This document shows, in pieces, positions 30,794-40,303 of a stretch of DNA of 64,000 nt; position 1 is the stretch's first letter; the number at the start of each line of letters is the position of its first letter. Below the pieces are notes generated by a model, which worked only from the letters and a program-made list of their open reading frames with translations, was not told the DNA's origin and searched no databases. The position numbers were made by a program, and so were the translations under genes. The stretch is from the IMG/VR virus record IMGVR_UViG_3300009037_000004, positions 73,434 to 137,433 of that record; one strand, given 5' to 3'. Source of the DNA: a virus. Its lineage: Duplodnaviria; Caudoviricetes.

Positions 30794-30981
30794 TACGGTT
30801 TTCGAGCTCATCCACGATACCTCCCAGCCGGTCAGCAAGTGCTTCCGGCGTCAAGGATTTGATAACCGCCCTGGGTACCCAAGGGAGGTTCGCCAAGTCC
30901 GCGTACTCCAGCGGGCTCGACTGTTCCAGAAGAATACGACCCCTCTCAGCAGCCTTCTCCAACCCGACCTCGCACGCCCAC

Positions 30982-31371
30982 CTACGGAGTGCGATTGCCA
31001 CTCCCCTCACCGCTACGCTTCGCGGCCAGAACCAGTTCGATAGCGTCAGAGATCGGTCGATGGTCTTCTCGATCTCCTCCAACGGCGGTATCGGCTTCCC
31101 CGATATCGGACACCGCTGGGTGGCGCTCAACGTAGATGATGTGCTTGCAGGGCTCTCCGCCGGCAATCTCCGGCATAGGTGCACCTCCGGGCTCACCTCC
31201 AACTCGGGGAAGAAAGCAGCAGGAGGCGTTGCAGTCAGGATCACACTGTCCCTGTCGTCCTTCTGCGGTGAAGTAGAAGGTGCAGGAGTCAGGCACGTAC
31301 GATCCTGGCTCTGGGTACCGCTTGCACATTTCGGGTCGTTGATCATAGATGCCACAGCAGTAGCGCCCCAT
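30982..31371 (-). CDS. Cys-rich YkgJ/CxxCxxCC-like metal-binding protein
   Basis: 'CGIYDQRPEMCKRYP', 'CDPDCNASCC'. Confidence 0.55.
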   Translation of the reverse strand: MGRYCCGIYDQRPEMCKRYPEPGSYVPDSCTFYFTAEGRQGQCDPDCNASCCFLPRVGGEPGGAPMPEIAGGEPCKHIIYVERHPAVSDIGEADTAVGGDREDHRPISDAIELVLAAKRSGEGSGNRTP

Positions 31372-31380
31372 CGGGCTTCC

Positions 31381-31740
31381 TCACTTGACGGCTTTCAACT
31401 TCGCCTGCTGTCCCCTCTCCCGCTGTCGGGTGAAGAACTCGCGGACTTGGTCGAACGTGGTGGTGTACTGGAGGTTCAGGCCGCCTACGACGACCTCCGC
31501 CTCCACTTGATGATCCCGCGCGCCGTCTTTGGTCGGGATATCGAAGATGTGAAACGACATGACCTTCTTACGGTCCTTGGCTTGGTCATACAGGGTCTCA
31601 GCCACTTTGTCCTCCTTCAGTTTCTTCGGCCTTCGGCATCTCCCACAAGCTAGAATTTCGCCGACTTGCTGGAGATCGTTACTCTTCACGCTTCTCTGAC
31701 AGACTTGGCACTTCGGCACTGGGCACACTCCTGAGTTCAC
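31381..31740 (-). CDS. Zinc-finger hypothetical protein
   Basis: CQVC...CGRC. Confidence 0.55.
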   Translation of the reverse strand: MNSGVCPVPKCQVCQRSVKSNDLQQVGEILACGRCRRPKKLKEDKVAETLYDQAKDRKKVMSFHIFDIPTKDGARDHQVEAEVVVGGLNLQYTTTFDQVREFFTRQRERGQQAKLKAVK

Positions 31741-32200
31741 ATTTCATGAACCGAACTTCACGACCTGTGTACATCGGCATGACGTTGATGATCTGGTTCC
31801 AAGCGTCCTTCCACTTCACGAAGCTACCCACCTGGAGAGCCTCGAAAGTGATGTCGTCCTTCACCCAGACCAGCAGGTAGCCCAAGGCATCCTCCATCGC
31901 CAGGAGCATCACCTCATTGTCCCACCCCACTGGGGTCCTGAATCGGAATGTCGCGGCGTTTGCCTGCGCCCGGAAGACCTGATCAATACCAGGCATGGTC
32001 TCCCTCATCTCTGGGATCTCATTCTCGTACAGCAGGTCTGCGATCTCCTGTACGAACTTCATGATCTTCTCTTCCGTCTGCTTCTGCTTCTCGACATCCG
32101 GCAGGTCGTCATCCAAGCATTTCCACATCTGCATGAGTTCCACAGCCTGGGCTGGGACGATACCTGCCTCGACCACTTTCTTGACCAGCTCGCTACTCAT
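31679..32200 (-). CDS. Hypothetical protein (start MSSELVKK)
   Basis: Trimmed ORF with AAGGA RBS. Confidence 0.6.
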   Translation of the reverse strand: MSSELVKKVVEAGIVPAQAVELMQMWKCLDDDLPDVEKQKQTEEKIMKFVQEIADLLYENEIPEMRETMPGIDQVFRAQANAATFRFRTPVGWDNEVMLLAMEDALGYLLVWVKDDITFEALQVGSFVKWKDAWNQIINVMPMYTGREVRFMKCELRSVPSAEVPSLSEKREE

Positions 32201-32745
32201 CCGATGTTTCCTTTCAGAGCGCAGCCGATCTCGGAGATCGTGGCACTGCGCGTCTTGGAACCGCAGAGGATGAAGACACCGCTGGGCAGAGTCTTCTCCC
32301 GCTCGATCCTGGCCCCCAGGAACTGCGTCAGGCGCTTGGCATAAATGGGCTCGATACCCTGCCAGTCCCAGAACTTCGTGTGGTCCCCGATCAGCAAGTG
32401 TGTCACTACCCAACCATCAAACGCCATCTGGGTGAACATCCTGATAAGGTAGGCATTGACGTTCCCGCCACCCCCGGAGAACTCCTCCATCGGGACATTC
32501 CGCACCACTTCCATCGCGGAGAGTTCGGCGAAGCTGGAGGTGCTTTCCGAAGGCTTGATCTCCTCCCCCGGCCGAACGAATCGTTGGTAGGCGATGGGCT
32601 CTTCATTCCGGATGGTGATGCTCTGGATCTCCCCCATCAGGATGATCCGTCGCACAGCATCCAGGATGCCATCGATGTCTCCGGGCATGTCCGTCTGGAC
32701 GGTTACCAGACGGCCCACATCCGGACCTCCACCGATACCAGCCAT
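32197..32745 (-). CDS. Hypothetical protein
   Basis: ORF track. Confidence 0.6.
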   Translation of the reverse strand: MAGIGGGPDVGRLVTVQTDMPGDIDGILDAVRRIILMGEIQSITIRNEEPIAYQRFVRPGEEIKPSESTSSFAELSAMEVVRNVPMEEFSGGGGNVNAYLIRMFTQMAFDGWVVTHLLIGDHTKFWDWQGIEPIYAKRLTQFLGARIEREKTLPSGVFILCGSKTRSATISEIGCALKGNIG

Positions 32746-32796
32746 CAGCCCACAGTCCCATCAAGCCGCTGTCGGATAAGAGCAGAAAGGGAGATC

Positions 32797-32967
32797 TTGA
32801 GTCGGCGGGCCTCAGCCTTCAAGGATTTCTTGAACTTTTGTGGCAGACGAATCGTCGTCAGCGCATCCTTTATGATCTTCTTGCTCATATCTGCTCCACT
32901 ACTTCTCGTTGCGTCTGTTGCTCCTCCAATCGGAGGAGGTGGAGATACTCACAGATCAAGGAGGTGA
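32797..32967 (+). CDS. 56 aa membrane peptide, antisense to flanking genes
   Basis: GGGAG RBS, TTG start, hydrophobic IVVSASFMIFLLISAPLLLVASV; CGGATAAG motif at 32773-32780. Confidence 0.4.
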   Translation: MSRRASAFKDFLNFCGRRIVVSASFMIFLLISAPLLLVASVAPPIGGGGDTHRSRR

Positions 32968-33070
32968 TGTCCTTGCCCTGTCGGCGAGCATAGTCCCGTG
33001 CCCAGTCCTTCAACCCCGCGTCGATCTTCAGGTTCAACCGAGCCTTGATCGTGACACCTTTTCTAGGCAT
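32885..33070 (-). CDS. Ribbon-helix-helix DNA-binding protein
   Basis: 'RLNLKIDAGLK...YARRQGKDITSLI'. Confidence 0.65.
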   Translation of the reverse strand: MPRKGVTIKARLNLKIDAGLKDWARDYARRQGKDITSLICEYLHLLRLEEQQTQREVVEQI

Positions 33071-33785
33071 AGCCCCTCAACTCCTGGACCTTCTCTCGAA
33101 GGTCCTCGCCGGGGCAGGCCAGCTTTCCATGTTCCCAATGCCCGGTCAGGACAGACGCCCCCAGAACGGGAACGGCGTACTCCAGCCAGAAGAGCTCCGC
33201 GATCTTCATCTGAATCGCAGAAGGATGGCCATCGTAGCCCTTCATGGGATGATTCACCTCTCCCGGCTCCAGGAAGTAGCCCTGGAAGGCGCACCCTCCC
33301 CCGCCCTCATTCTGCCCATCCCCCGTATGCCAGGTGACGAAGTCCAGGTGGTTGCACTGGTAGATGACCGACCTCGAACGATCGGTGAACATGGTCGTGG
33401 GATCGAAGGGGACGAACCAGGTGTACGCGAAGCCTGGCCACCCACGGCCCTCACCCGTCCAGAGCCACTCCGGCTGCTTGGGCTGACCGTACCTCGGGTT
33501 CTTCTTCCACGTGGGGTTGCGAACGAAGAAGCTCGCCGTTTTGAAGACCTGCTTGTCGAATCTCCCGTATCCACCAGCCGTCTGGTGGTAGATGATCGTC
33601 TTGATCATCCGGCCAGGAACTTCCTGGTAGGAGCCACGCACGTCCCTCTTGCCCGTGTTCGGATTGATAGCCTCCGACCCGAAGGGGAACTTCGGATGCC
33701 GGGGCAGTAGGTCCACGATGTCGTAGATCAGGAACTCGCTGCCGGAGAAGACGATCCGCTGAGGATCGAGGGGCATGATGCTCAT
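33063..33785 (-). CDS. N-acetylmuramoyl-L-alanine amidase (Amidase_2)
   Basis: 'IIYHQTAG', 'TWHTG..N', 'TGHWEHGKLACPG'. Confidence 0.75.
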   Translation of the reverse strand: MSIMPLDPQRIVFSGSEFLIYDIVDLLPRHPKFPFGSEAINPNTGKRDVRGSYQEVPGRMIKTIIYHQTAGGYGRFDKQVFKTASFFVRNPTWKKNPRYGQPKQPEWLWTGEGRGWPGFAYTWFVPFDPTTMFTDRSRSVIYQCNHLDFVTWHTGDGQNEGGGGCAFQGYFLEPGEVNHPMKGYDGHPSAIQMKIAELFWLEYAVPVLGASVLTGHWEHGKLACPGEDLREKVQELRGYA

Positions 33786-34033
33786 TGCTGCACCTTCTCG
33801 ATGGCGGAGAGGTAGTCCTTCAGTCCAGGTATTGGGAACTTCTCCGCCAGCCAATCGATGGTGAAGTAGTGAATCTGCCAGAGGACGCCATCATCCGCTG
33901 ACTGGCCGTTGAACTTCTCCTTCCAGGCCTTCTCGAGCTGCTTCATCACCGGGTAATTCTGCCCGATGAAGGTCGGCAGCCACATCCACTTCAGCTCAAC
34001 AGCTCCATCATCCGCGACCTGAACGAGCTTCAT
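33782..34033 (-). CDS. Hypothetical protein
   Basis: Coupled ORF. Confidence 0.6.
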   Translation of the reverse strand: MKLVQVADDGAVELKWMWLPTFIGQNYPVMKQLEKAWKEKFNGQSADDGVLWQIHYFTIDWLAEKFPIPGLKDYLSAIEKVQQ

Positions 34034-34539
34034 TCGATCCCTGCTCCCTTCATCCGAGCCTGGAGCTTCTGGAGGTTCTCCATCTCGGTGTTCACTTGCT
34101 CCACCAGGACGTTCATCATTCGCACGTCACGAGACTGGAGTACCTCATCCAGAACCTTTTCCTTCTCCCGCCGCAGGTCTTTCAGCTTCCGCTCGAACTC
34201 CATGTCCTTGGTCACCACGGAGACATCGAGCATGCAGACATGGCAACGAGGCGGACCGCTCGAGCCGGGGGAGACATAATGGATCCAGCCGCAGTTGGGA
34301 CAACGCAGAATCCTGAGCTCCTCCCACTCCCCAAAGTGGGCCTCTACCCGCTCAAAAAGTGGGTCCACCATCTTCTTGGCGCCCAGGCTCATCTTCTGCC
34401 ACATCTCATCGAGCTGGCCTAAGCGTTCGTGTGTCTCCCTCTCCGTGATTGGGCCGGCGTCGAGATACCGCAGGTACGCCCAGTAGTGCGCCCAGTAGAG
34501 GCTGAGGAGATCTCGTTTGTGTGGGGCTAGGCGACTCAT
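34030..34539 (-). CDS. Zinc-ribbon/coiled-coil protein
   Basis: CPNC...CHVC. Confidence 0.6.
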   Translation of the reverse strand: MSRLAPHKRDLLSLYWAHYWAYLRYLDAGPITERETHERLGQLDEMWQKMSLGAKKMVDPLFERVEAHFGEWEELRILRCPNCGWIHYVSPGSSGPPRCHVCMLDVSVVTKDMEFERKLKDLRREKEKVLDEVLQSRDVRMMNVLVEQVNTEMENLQKLQARMKGAGIE

Positions 34540-34898
34540 TCGAACCTCGGTGGATCGTTGTGGTCGAAGACCAGCATGACATCATTCGGCCGGATGAGAG
34601 CCTCGTCCTCCTCCAGGGCGTGCTGGTGAAGCGCCTCGGCTGTCTTGGTGAGGCTGGCAACCACCCGGTTGAAGACCACCCCATCTCCCGGCTCCAGACC
34701 CGTGGGGATGCGGAAGCCGAGGTACTCCTCACCCTTCTTGGCCATCGGCCCTGGCCCTACGGCGATGACCTTGCCAGTTCGCAGGGCCGTCTCGTACGCC
34801 TCATCCGGCTTGAAAAGCGTACCGGAGAGAGTCTTGTTGCTGTCAGGATCCATCTTCACAAGGATCCAGTCATTCATCGGTCTCAGCCCTCGGCTCAT
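34536..34898 (-). CDS. groES: GroES-like co-chaperonin
   Basis: 'LRPMNDWILVK', 'GKVIAVGPG', 'GDGVVF', 'LIRPNDVM'. Confidence 0.85.
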   Translation of the reverse strand: MSRGLRPMNDWILVKMDPDSNKTLSGTLFKPDEAYETALRTGKVIAVGPGPMAKKGEEYLGFRIPTGLEPGDGVVFNRVVASLTKTAEALHQHALEEDEALIRPNDVMLVFDHNDPPRFE

Positions 34899-34899
34899 T

Positions 34900-35220
34900 T
34901 CAGTCCTCCAGGGGGTCTCCCGTGGACACGCTCACGGGGTCTTCGGGAATCTCGGCCTTCTGCCCGCCGGCCTCTCTCTCCAGCAGCTCTTGTAGCCAAC
35001 CGGACGCCGGCTTCATGCCCGACTCGGTGCCCTTGGGGAGAAGGAAGTAGAACTGGCTGTCCCCCATCGCGCGGATGACCAACCGATTCTCCTTCTTGCC
35101 CTCACCATCCGTGATGCCGGCGGCTAGAAACAGCTCCACCGGCACCAGCTTCTTGACGGTCTTGATCCCGGCTTCGGAACCGGTCTCGAATCTCAGGACG
35201 TTCTTTGGTGCCATCTTCAT
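34900..35220 (-). CDS. Hypothetical protein
   Basis: ORF track. Confidence 0.6.
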   Translation of the reverse strand: MKMAPKNVLRFETGSEAGIKTVKKLVPVELFLAAGITDGEGKKENRLVIRAMGDSQFYFLLPKGTESGMKPASGWLQELLEREAGGQKAEIPEDPVSVSTGDPLED

Positions 35221-35621
35221 TCTCCCTTCGGAGGCTGGGGCACGAACCTGGCCCCAGCCGGTCTCACGATGACGACTTGCTCGATGGGGGCGAAGAGTTT
35301 CTTCGCCTCTTCGAGATCATTCCGTAGGATAGCCGTCATCTTCTCGTCTAGCTCGTAAGCTTTCTTGTTCACCTGGAGATGAATCCCTGGCCGTGTCATC
35401 TCCTGGAGCATCGTCACCTTGGCATCTGGGTACTTCTGGAGAAGGCCGTGGAGTTGAGTGATCATCTCGCTCATCTCCTGACAGGAGTTCTCCTGTTGTT
35501 CCATCAAGATCTGGTTCATGTGCTCCCCCGCTACCTCCACTTGGTCCACGTCGATCCTCGACCGGTATGAGGTCGTCTTTGGGAGCCTGGCGTAGTAGAC
35601 CGTGATCATTATCTGCTTCAT
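35217..35621 (-). CDS. Hypothetical protein (start MKQIMITV)
   Basis: Trimmed ORF. Confidence 0.55.
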   Translation of the reverse strand: MKQIMITVYYARLPKTTSYRSRIDVDQVEVAGEHMNQILMEQQENSCQEMSEMITQLHGLLQKYPDAKVTMLQEMTRPGIHLQVNKKAYELDEKMTAILRNDLEEAKKLFAPIEQVVIVRPAGARFVPQPPKGE

Positions 35622-36057
35622 CGCGTCGCCTCGTGATCTTGAAGACCATAGGTCCATTGGAGGAAATCGACAGGTGCACGGATAGACCATTCTGGAGATC
35701 CAACCGGTCTACAATCGTCCGGCCAGAGACGGAGGGGCGAAGCGAGACGCCCGTGATCTTTGAGGTCAGCAAAAGCGCCTCTACCACCTCAGGTTCCGCC
35801 TTGAGCTCATGCGGAAGCCCAAAACCGCAGAGAGCCCGAAAGCACTCCGTCGCAGTCAATTCGTAATACTGCACCGGGCTACTGGGGGAGGAAGGGGCTA
35901 CTCCAGATGCGCGTGTCATCTTCCACCCACAGCCACTAACACACGGATAGCCCCCCTCCATCCAACGAGGGTGCTCCAAGATGAGCTTGTGGATTTCCCT
36001 CAAGTCATCCAGGAGGGAGACCAACGTCAGGCAGTTCTGGCAGAAGAGTTGGATCAT
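35317..36057 (-). CDS. Zinc-binding hypothetical protein with long 3' overlap into the next gene
   Basis: CQNC...CVSGC in the N-terminal half. Confidence 0.45.
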   Translation of the reverse strand: MIQLFCQNCLTLVSLLDDLREIHKLILEHPRWMEGGYPCVSGCGWKMTRASGVAPSSPSSPVQYYELTATECFRALCGFGLPHELKAEPEVVEALLLTSKITGVSLRPSVSGRTIVDRLDLQNGLSVHLSISSNGPMVFKITRRRDEADNDHGLLRQAPKDDLIPVEDRRGPSGGSGGAHEPDLDGTTGELLSGDERDDHSTPRPSPEVPRCQGDDAPGDDTARDSSPGEQESLRARREDDGYPTE

Positions 36058-36560
36058 ATCTGCGTCCCGTCATCCTCTTCCACGACTGGAGGTGGGGCGG
36101 CTGTACGCTCGACCACGGGGTACCCCATCTCATCCTTCTCGACCGTCCGACTCTGGACTGGGAGGGCAAACCCATCTTTGTCCACTCTCGGACGGCGGGC
36201 AGTGGCCGCCTTCCCTGAACCAATCCCGCCCTGCGCTGGCGGTGTGGCCGCCGGGAACTCAGCCACCTTCCCCATGACCGGTTCCTCATCTGGCTCCTTG
36301 ATCTCCCCCACATCCTCCCCGCCGAAGATCAAGGCCAGCTCCTCTTCCTGATGCGGCGCTGGCGGAGGAGGTTCTAGGTCCACTCGCCTGGGAAGAGGAG
36401 CACGCTCCACGCCAGCAGCAAGCTGAATAAGGCACTGGACAGTGGTCTCGTCCGTGTCGATGTTGACTTGCCTGCCATCTGGTAGCTCGACCGTGAGCTG
36501 GTTGACGATCAACCCCTCTCGGTCGAGATCGACCATCTGTCCAAATCGAACGATTCTCAT
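36054..36560 (-). CDS. Hypothetical protein (start MRIVRFGQ)
   Basis: Trimmed ORF. Confidence 0.55.
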   Translation of the reverse strand: MRIVRFGQMVDLDREGLIVNQLTVELPDGRQVNIDTDETTVQCLIQLAAGVERAPLPRRVDLEPPPPAPHQEEELALIFGGEDVGEIKEPDEEPVMGKVAEFPAATPPAQGGIGSGKAATARRPRVDKDGFALPVQSRTVEKDEMGYPVVERTAAPPPVVEEDDGTQI

Positions 36561-36877
36561 CCGTTCACCTTTGGCGGAGGAGGGAGCCGATCTGCCTGAG
36601 CCTTTCGCTCTGCCAGCTCTCTCTGTTTCGCTCCTTGTTGCAATGCAGACGCGATCATAGCCAATGACTTGGCCGCGGACCGCACAGCGTTCAGCGTCTT
36701 GCAGGAATCCCTCACCTGGTCCTGGGTGTAGGTGGGATCGTAGGCCACGCATGCACCGTTGCACTCTCGGTCAGAGTTTCCAGGAAGCCAGCAATAGAGC
36801 TCATCCCCACCTCCGGCGATGTGCTCATCCGGCCTCTCAATGAACAAGTCGTCAGGCCGTGGGGGCGTCGGGGCCAT
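36557..36877 (-). CDS. Hypothetical protein
   Basis: AGGAG RBS. Confidence 0.6.
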   Translation of the reverse strand: MAPTPPRPDDLFIERPDEHIAGGGDELYCWLPGNSDRECNGACVAYDPTYTQDQVRDSCKTLNAVRSAAKSLAMIASALQQGAKQRELAERKAQADRLPPPPKVNG

Positions 36878-37274
36878 AATGGTACTCCTTCTGAATCTTC
36901 TCCATCTCGTCCAGGGTAGCCCGGTAGGTGCCGATGCAGGCCGCCTTGATGACCCGAGCCAGCAGCTTCGAGTCGTTGACTGGCAGGAGACCAGACTGGA
37001 CCATAGCTAGACCGATCGCCTTGCTCGCGTCCTTGCCCAGCCGGAGTAGGTAATCCTTCGTGACCTGCTCCACGATCTGGAGAGCAGCATCGTCGTTCAG
37101 GCCCTCCCGACCACGGAGGATAGACCCCACACCAACCGAGACAAGGTCCTTCTCATTCCCCTCCCAGCTACAACTCATGCACAGAGCCTCGCCCACCCTG
37201 GGGATCAGTGAGTGTCTGCGCCCGATCTTCCCAGACCCACAGGCTGGGCATAGGAGCACGCTCTTCATGATCAT
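36852..37274 (-). CDS. Zinc-ribbon protein
   Basis: CPAC...CMSC. Confidence 0.6.
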   Translation of the reverse strand: MIMKSVLLCPACGSGKIGRRHSLIPRVGEALCMSCSWEGNEKDLVSVGVGSILRGREGLNDDAALQIVEQVTKDYLLRLGKDASKAIGLAMVQSGLLPVNDSKLLARVIKAACIGTYRATLDEMEKIQKEYHYGPDAPTA

Positions 37275-37696
37275 CTCCTTCCAGATCTCATGTTCTCCCC
37301 CGCCCGCCTCATGTACCTCGTCCTCATGCGACTCTGGGCCTTTCCGACCGGCTGGAGAGGAGTGATGCGATACGGTCCTCGAGAGACCTCTTTCCGCAAG
37401 TAGTCCATCGCTGCCTGATCGGCCCGCTTCCTCTGCCCGCGCTGGAATGGGTACATCTCATCCAACAAGTCCTGCCACGCTTCCTGGAGCTGCTTATTCG
37501 CCTTCTCTCCTTCCGAGGCGGAAGCGACTACCGCCTGGACTATCGATCGGGTCTTTTGCAGCTCGATGTCCTGCTTCATGCGCCACACCAAAAGCATCAA
37601 GGACTCCAGCGGGGTGCCTGGCGCGGGGGGCTCGGTCATCATCTCGTAGCGCATGTTGGCCCGAGCCCAGCCGACTGGAGTCTCTAGGTATTTTTT
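37271..37696 (-). CDS. -1 frameshift extension (gpT-like) of putative tail assembly chaperone
   Basis: -1 frame open from the slippery A-AAA-AAT (37690-37696) through ORF 37271..37654. Confidence 0.6.
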   Translation of the reverse strand, partial: KKYLETPVGWARANMRYEMMTEPPAPGTPLESLMLLVWRMKQDIELQKTRSIVQAVVASASEGEKANKQLQEAWQDLLDEMYPFQRGQRKRADQAAMDYLRKEVSRGPYRITPLQPVGKAQSRMRTRYMRRAGENMRSGRR

Positions 37697-38751
37697 AACT
37701 CCTCCGTCTGGCCTACGAAGAGCTTCCTGACTCGCTCATCGAACCAGAGATACTGGATGCCCAGGTCCGCGATCCATTGGATCGGGAATCGCACCACCTT
37801 CTCGAACTTCTTTCGGAAGAGGTCCTCTTTGAACTTCTTCTTGTCGTCCAGGTGCGTGGGCAGTTCATCGCCGTTGATCGAAACAAGAGCCAAGGTGAGC
37901 TGCATGATCGTGTACTTATCCATCAAGTACCGATCTCCGCCAGCCTCCCCGAACATCATCTGCTTGATGGCCAAGTCTTCTTCCGCCGACACCGAGCGGT
38001 AGGCCACGACGAGCTTGTCGGGGACGACAACCACATTCTGACGAACCTCGCCGTAAACGATGATGTCCGTGATGCTCATGGGGGCCAGGCGCCCCTCGAT
38101 CGTCTTCTTCCGTTCTGGGTTGTTGAGCAGGTTGAACTGGGGGCCGTCCCCCAGGATGTCCTTCAACTCCTCGTAGAGGTTCTCTTCCGTCTTGGCCACA
38201 ACCTTCCCAAGGTTGGACGCATCCACCTGCCGTTTCTTGTCTTCCTCCGTAGGCTCCTCCGCCGTCCTTGTCTGAACCTGCTGGGCCTGAGCCTGAAACG
38301 CCGCCAGGGTCTCGATGGCCGCCTTACTCTTGTCGCTCAGAGCTGGACGGTAGCCATCCGTCTCCGGCCTCCGGAGGTGGGGCTGGTTGGCCGCGATCAT
38401 GGAGCCGACTCCAGGAACGAAGCTAGGGTCCTCCCGTGCTTCTTCGGGAAGGGTCGCGAATGGACCTTTATCGGGTCCTTGTCTTTGTTTCGTCATCATC
38501 ATCGCCAGTTCTGGGTTGTAAACGGGACTGAGAGGACTCGTGGGGTCTTGCAGCGTTCTGGCCTGGGCATCCATCGTCCCTCCGCCCTCGATGGGCTCCG
38601 CGTTCAGCGGTGGGATACGGACAGGCGGCGCTCCCCCGAGCGGGGGTCTCGGACGCTTCAAGCTATCGGTCGGGCTGGCCTCTCGTTCCCGCCGCTCCCG
38701 GATGATCTCCTCCGGCGTCTTGTTGAAGTGGATCTTGGTCTTGTCAGCCAT
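37684..38751 (-). CDS. Putative tail assembly chaperone (gpG-like)
   Basis: Ends EELKNT* at TTA AAA AAT; C-terminal 'YRSVSAEED...LALVSING' chaperone-like. Confidence 0.6.
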   Translation of the reverse strand: MADKTKIHFNKTPEEIIRERREREASPTDSLKRPRPPLGGAPPVRIPPLNAEPIEGGGTMDAQARTLQDPTSPLSPVYNPELAMMMTKQRQGPDKGPFATLPEEAREDPSFVPGVGSMIAANQPHLRRPETDGYRPALSDKSKAAIETLAAFQAQAQQVQTRTAEEPTEEDKKRQVDASNLGKVVAKTEENLYEELKDILGDGPQFNLLNNPERKKTIEGRLAPMSITDIIVYGEVRQNVVVVPDKLVVAYRSVSAEEDLAIKQMMFGEAGGDRYLMDKYTIMQLTLALVSINGDELPTHLDDKKKFKEDLFRKKFEKVVRFPIQWIADLGIQYLWFDERVRKLFVGQTEELKNT

Positions 38752-39062
38752 CAGTGCACCTTGGGGAATCGAGTCTTCGGTTCATGCCGTGGATCTCTTC
38801 GGGCTTCTCCGTCTACCAGGAAAGCGCGCACGATGTCCCAGATCATCTTCCGAAAGGTTGGGCGGTTCATGTAGACGGCGAGACCACGATCCAGCAGCAT
38901 CTGATGCAGCTCATCCCAGCGGTACTTCCAGCCGCGTGCGTCCCAAAGCTCGAGGAGCTGCTCCTCCGTGAGGAAGGGCTTCTTCGAAGGAAGGACAGAA
39001 TCTGCGTCTGGCTTACGAGAATCATCCATGGCTAAAGAAAGTCCGCCTGGCTCTTTAGCCAC
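38751..39062 (-). CDS. Hypothetical protein
   Basis: ORF track. Confidence 0.5.
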   Translation of the reverse strand: MAKEPGGLSLAMDDSRKPDADSVLPSKKPFLTEEQLLELWDARGWKYRWDELHQMLLDRGLAVYMNRPTFRKMIWDIVRAFLVDGEARRDPRHEPKTRFPKVH

Positions 39063-39089
39063 CGATTAGGACATACATCGTATGTCCCG

Positions 39090-39518
39090 TCAAGAGTCTT
39101 TTTTGGAGCTGTCGTACAGGCGGAGGAATTCGCTATAGATCGCTGGGAGATAGGTCAGCCAGACCTCATTGCGAAGGTCTGGAACCTGAACTCTGGCAAG
39201 CAGCACAGTCGAGATCGTGGGGTTTCCTCTCATGGTCTCCGCCCGGCCGTGGACGTAGCGAAGGTCAGAGACCTCAAAGCCTGGGGGCTCGCCCACGTTC
39301 TTGAGCGTACAGTGATCGAGGAAGCAACCCAAAGCTGTCCCCGCCATGACCTTCCAGACCACCGGTGGGGACAGCTTCACACGAGGGAAGTAGTAGCAGG
39401 TGATCTCTCCCACCCCAGGCCATTTCGGGCTTTCCGGCAATACCATCGAATGAGATACGGGAGGAGGGGGTGCCGAACCAACCTCTTCCTCACCTTTCCA
39501 AATCTGGATGTTCTCCAT
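39090..39518 (-). CDS. Hypothetical protein (start MENIQIW)
   Basis: Trimmed ORF. Confidence 0.5.
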   Translation of the reverse strand: MENIQIWKGEEEVGSAPPPPVSHSMVLPESPKWPGVGEITCYYFPRVKLSPPVVWKVMAGTALGCFLDHCTLKNVGEPPGFEVSDLRYVHGRAETMRGNPTISTVLLARVQVPDLRNEVWLTYLPAIYSEFLRLYDSSKKDS

Positions 39519-39520
39519 GG

Positions 39521-39766
39521 TCACTCCGTTGGTATCTTGCCCCAACCCCTTGGTCTGATCGGTTCCTGCTTGGGGATCTCTATGATCTCCAAGCCGCCCG
39601 TGCGCTGACATTTTCGACAATGTCCGTAGTCCCCTCCGCCGGCGAAGGGCTTAATGATCTGGCCCACCTCGTGCCGGACCATCGGTAGTTCTGTTGTCCA
39701 TCCGCAATGGATGCACCTCGCTTTCGCCATCGGACCTTTTCGTCTTGTTGACATTGAACCCTCCAT
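39521..39766 (-). CDS. Zinc-ribbon protein
   Basis: CIHC...CRKC. Confidence 0.55.
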   Translation of the reverse strand: MEGSMSTRRKGPMAKARCIHCGWTTELPMVRHEVGQIIKPFAGGGDYGHCRKCQRTGGLEIIEIPKQEPIRPRGWGKIPTE

Positions 39767-40046
39767 ACTTCTTTGCCATCTGCTGGAATGCCTTCGCGAA
39801 CTCGTGCGCCGGCATCTCTTTCCCCGGGGCGGTCGGTGGGGGGCGTAGCTCCCCCCTGACCAAAGCCGCCCGAAGAAGATCGGTGTAGACCAGGAAGAGC
39901 ATCTTCAACTCTTCCTGGGTCCTCTTCACGAAATGGCTGACCATCTTGTAGCAGTTCTCGCAGATCAAGACGCCCTGGAAGACCCTTGGCGGATCTGGGA
40001 GCTTTGCGCCACAATTCAGGCAAGTTTCGATTGATCGGGACTTCAT
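39651..40046 (-). CDS. Zinc-finger protein
   Basis: CLNC...CENC. Confidence 0.55.
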   Translation of the reverse strand: MKSRSIETCLNCGAKLPDPPRVFQGVLICENCYKMVSHFVKRTQEELKMLFLVYTDLLRAALVRGELRPPPTAPGKEMPAHEFAKAFQQMAKKYGGFNVNKTKRSDGESEVHPLRMDNRTTDGPARGGPDH

Positions 40047-40303
40047 GTCGCCTCCCAGATGATTCGATCCCCCACACCTGCAAGGCGGATGATGCGTTTC
40101 GGCAGAGCCAGCATAGCCCCGCTGATGTTCACCGCCACGATGCTACCTTCCTCACCAACGTGGTCCAGCGACTTGTGTGTCCTTGTGATCTCTTCCAGCC
40201 TCATGTCGGGGATCTCGTACTTCACGCCCGTGTAGGTCACGAACCACATCACGGAGAAAGGAGTGCCTTCACTGGTTTGAAACTCCTTCGATGGATCGGG
40301 CAT
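40043..40303 (-). CDS. Hypothetical protein
   Basis: Coupled ORF. Confidence 0.55.
   Translation of the reverse strand: MPDPSKEFQTSEGTPFSVMWFVTYTGVKYEIPDMRLEEITRTHKSLDHVGEEGSIVAVNISGAMLALPKRIIRLAGVGDRIIWEAT

Noticed and set aside
30300-31355. 351 aa ORF as one protein
   Set aside because: Overlaps two other plausible ORFs; probably separate small coding segments whose starts I cannot fix.
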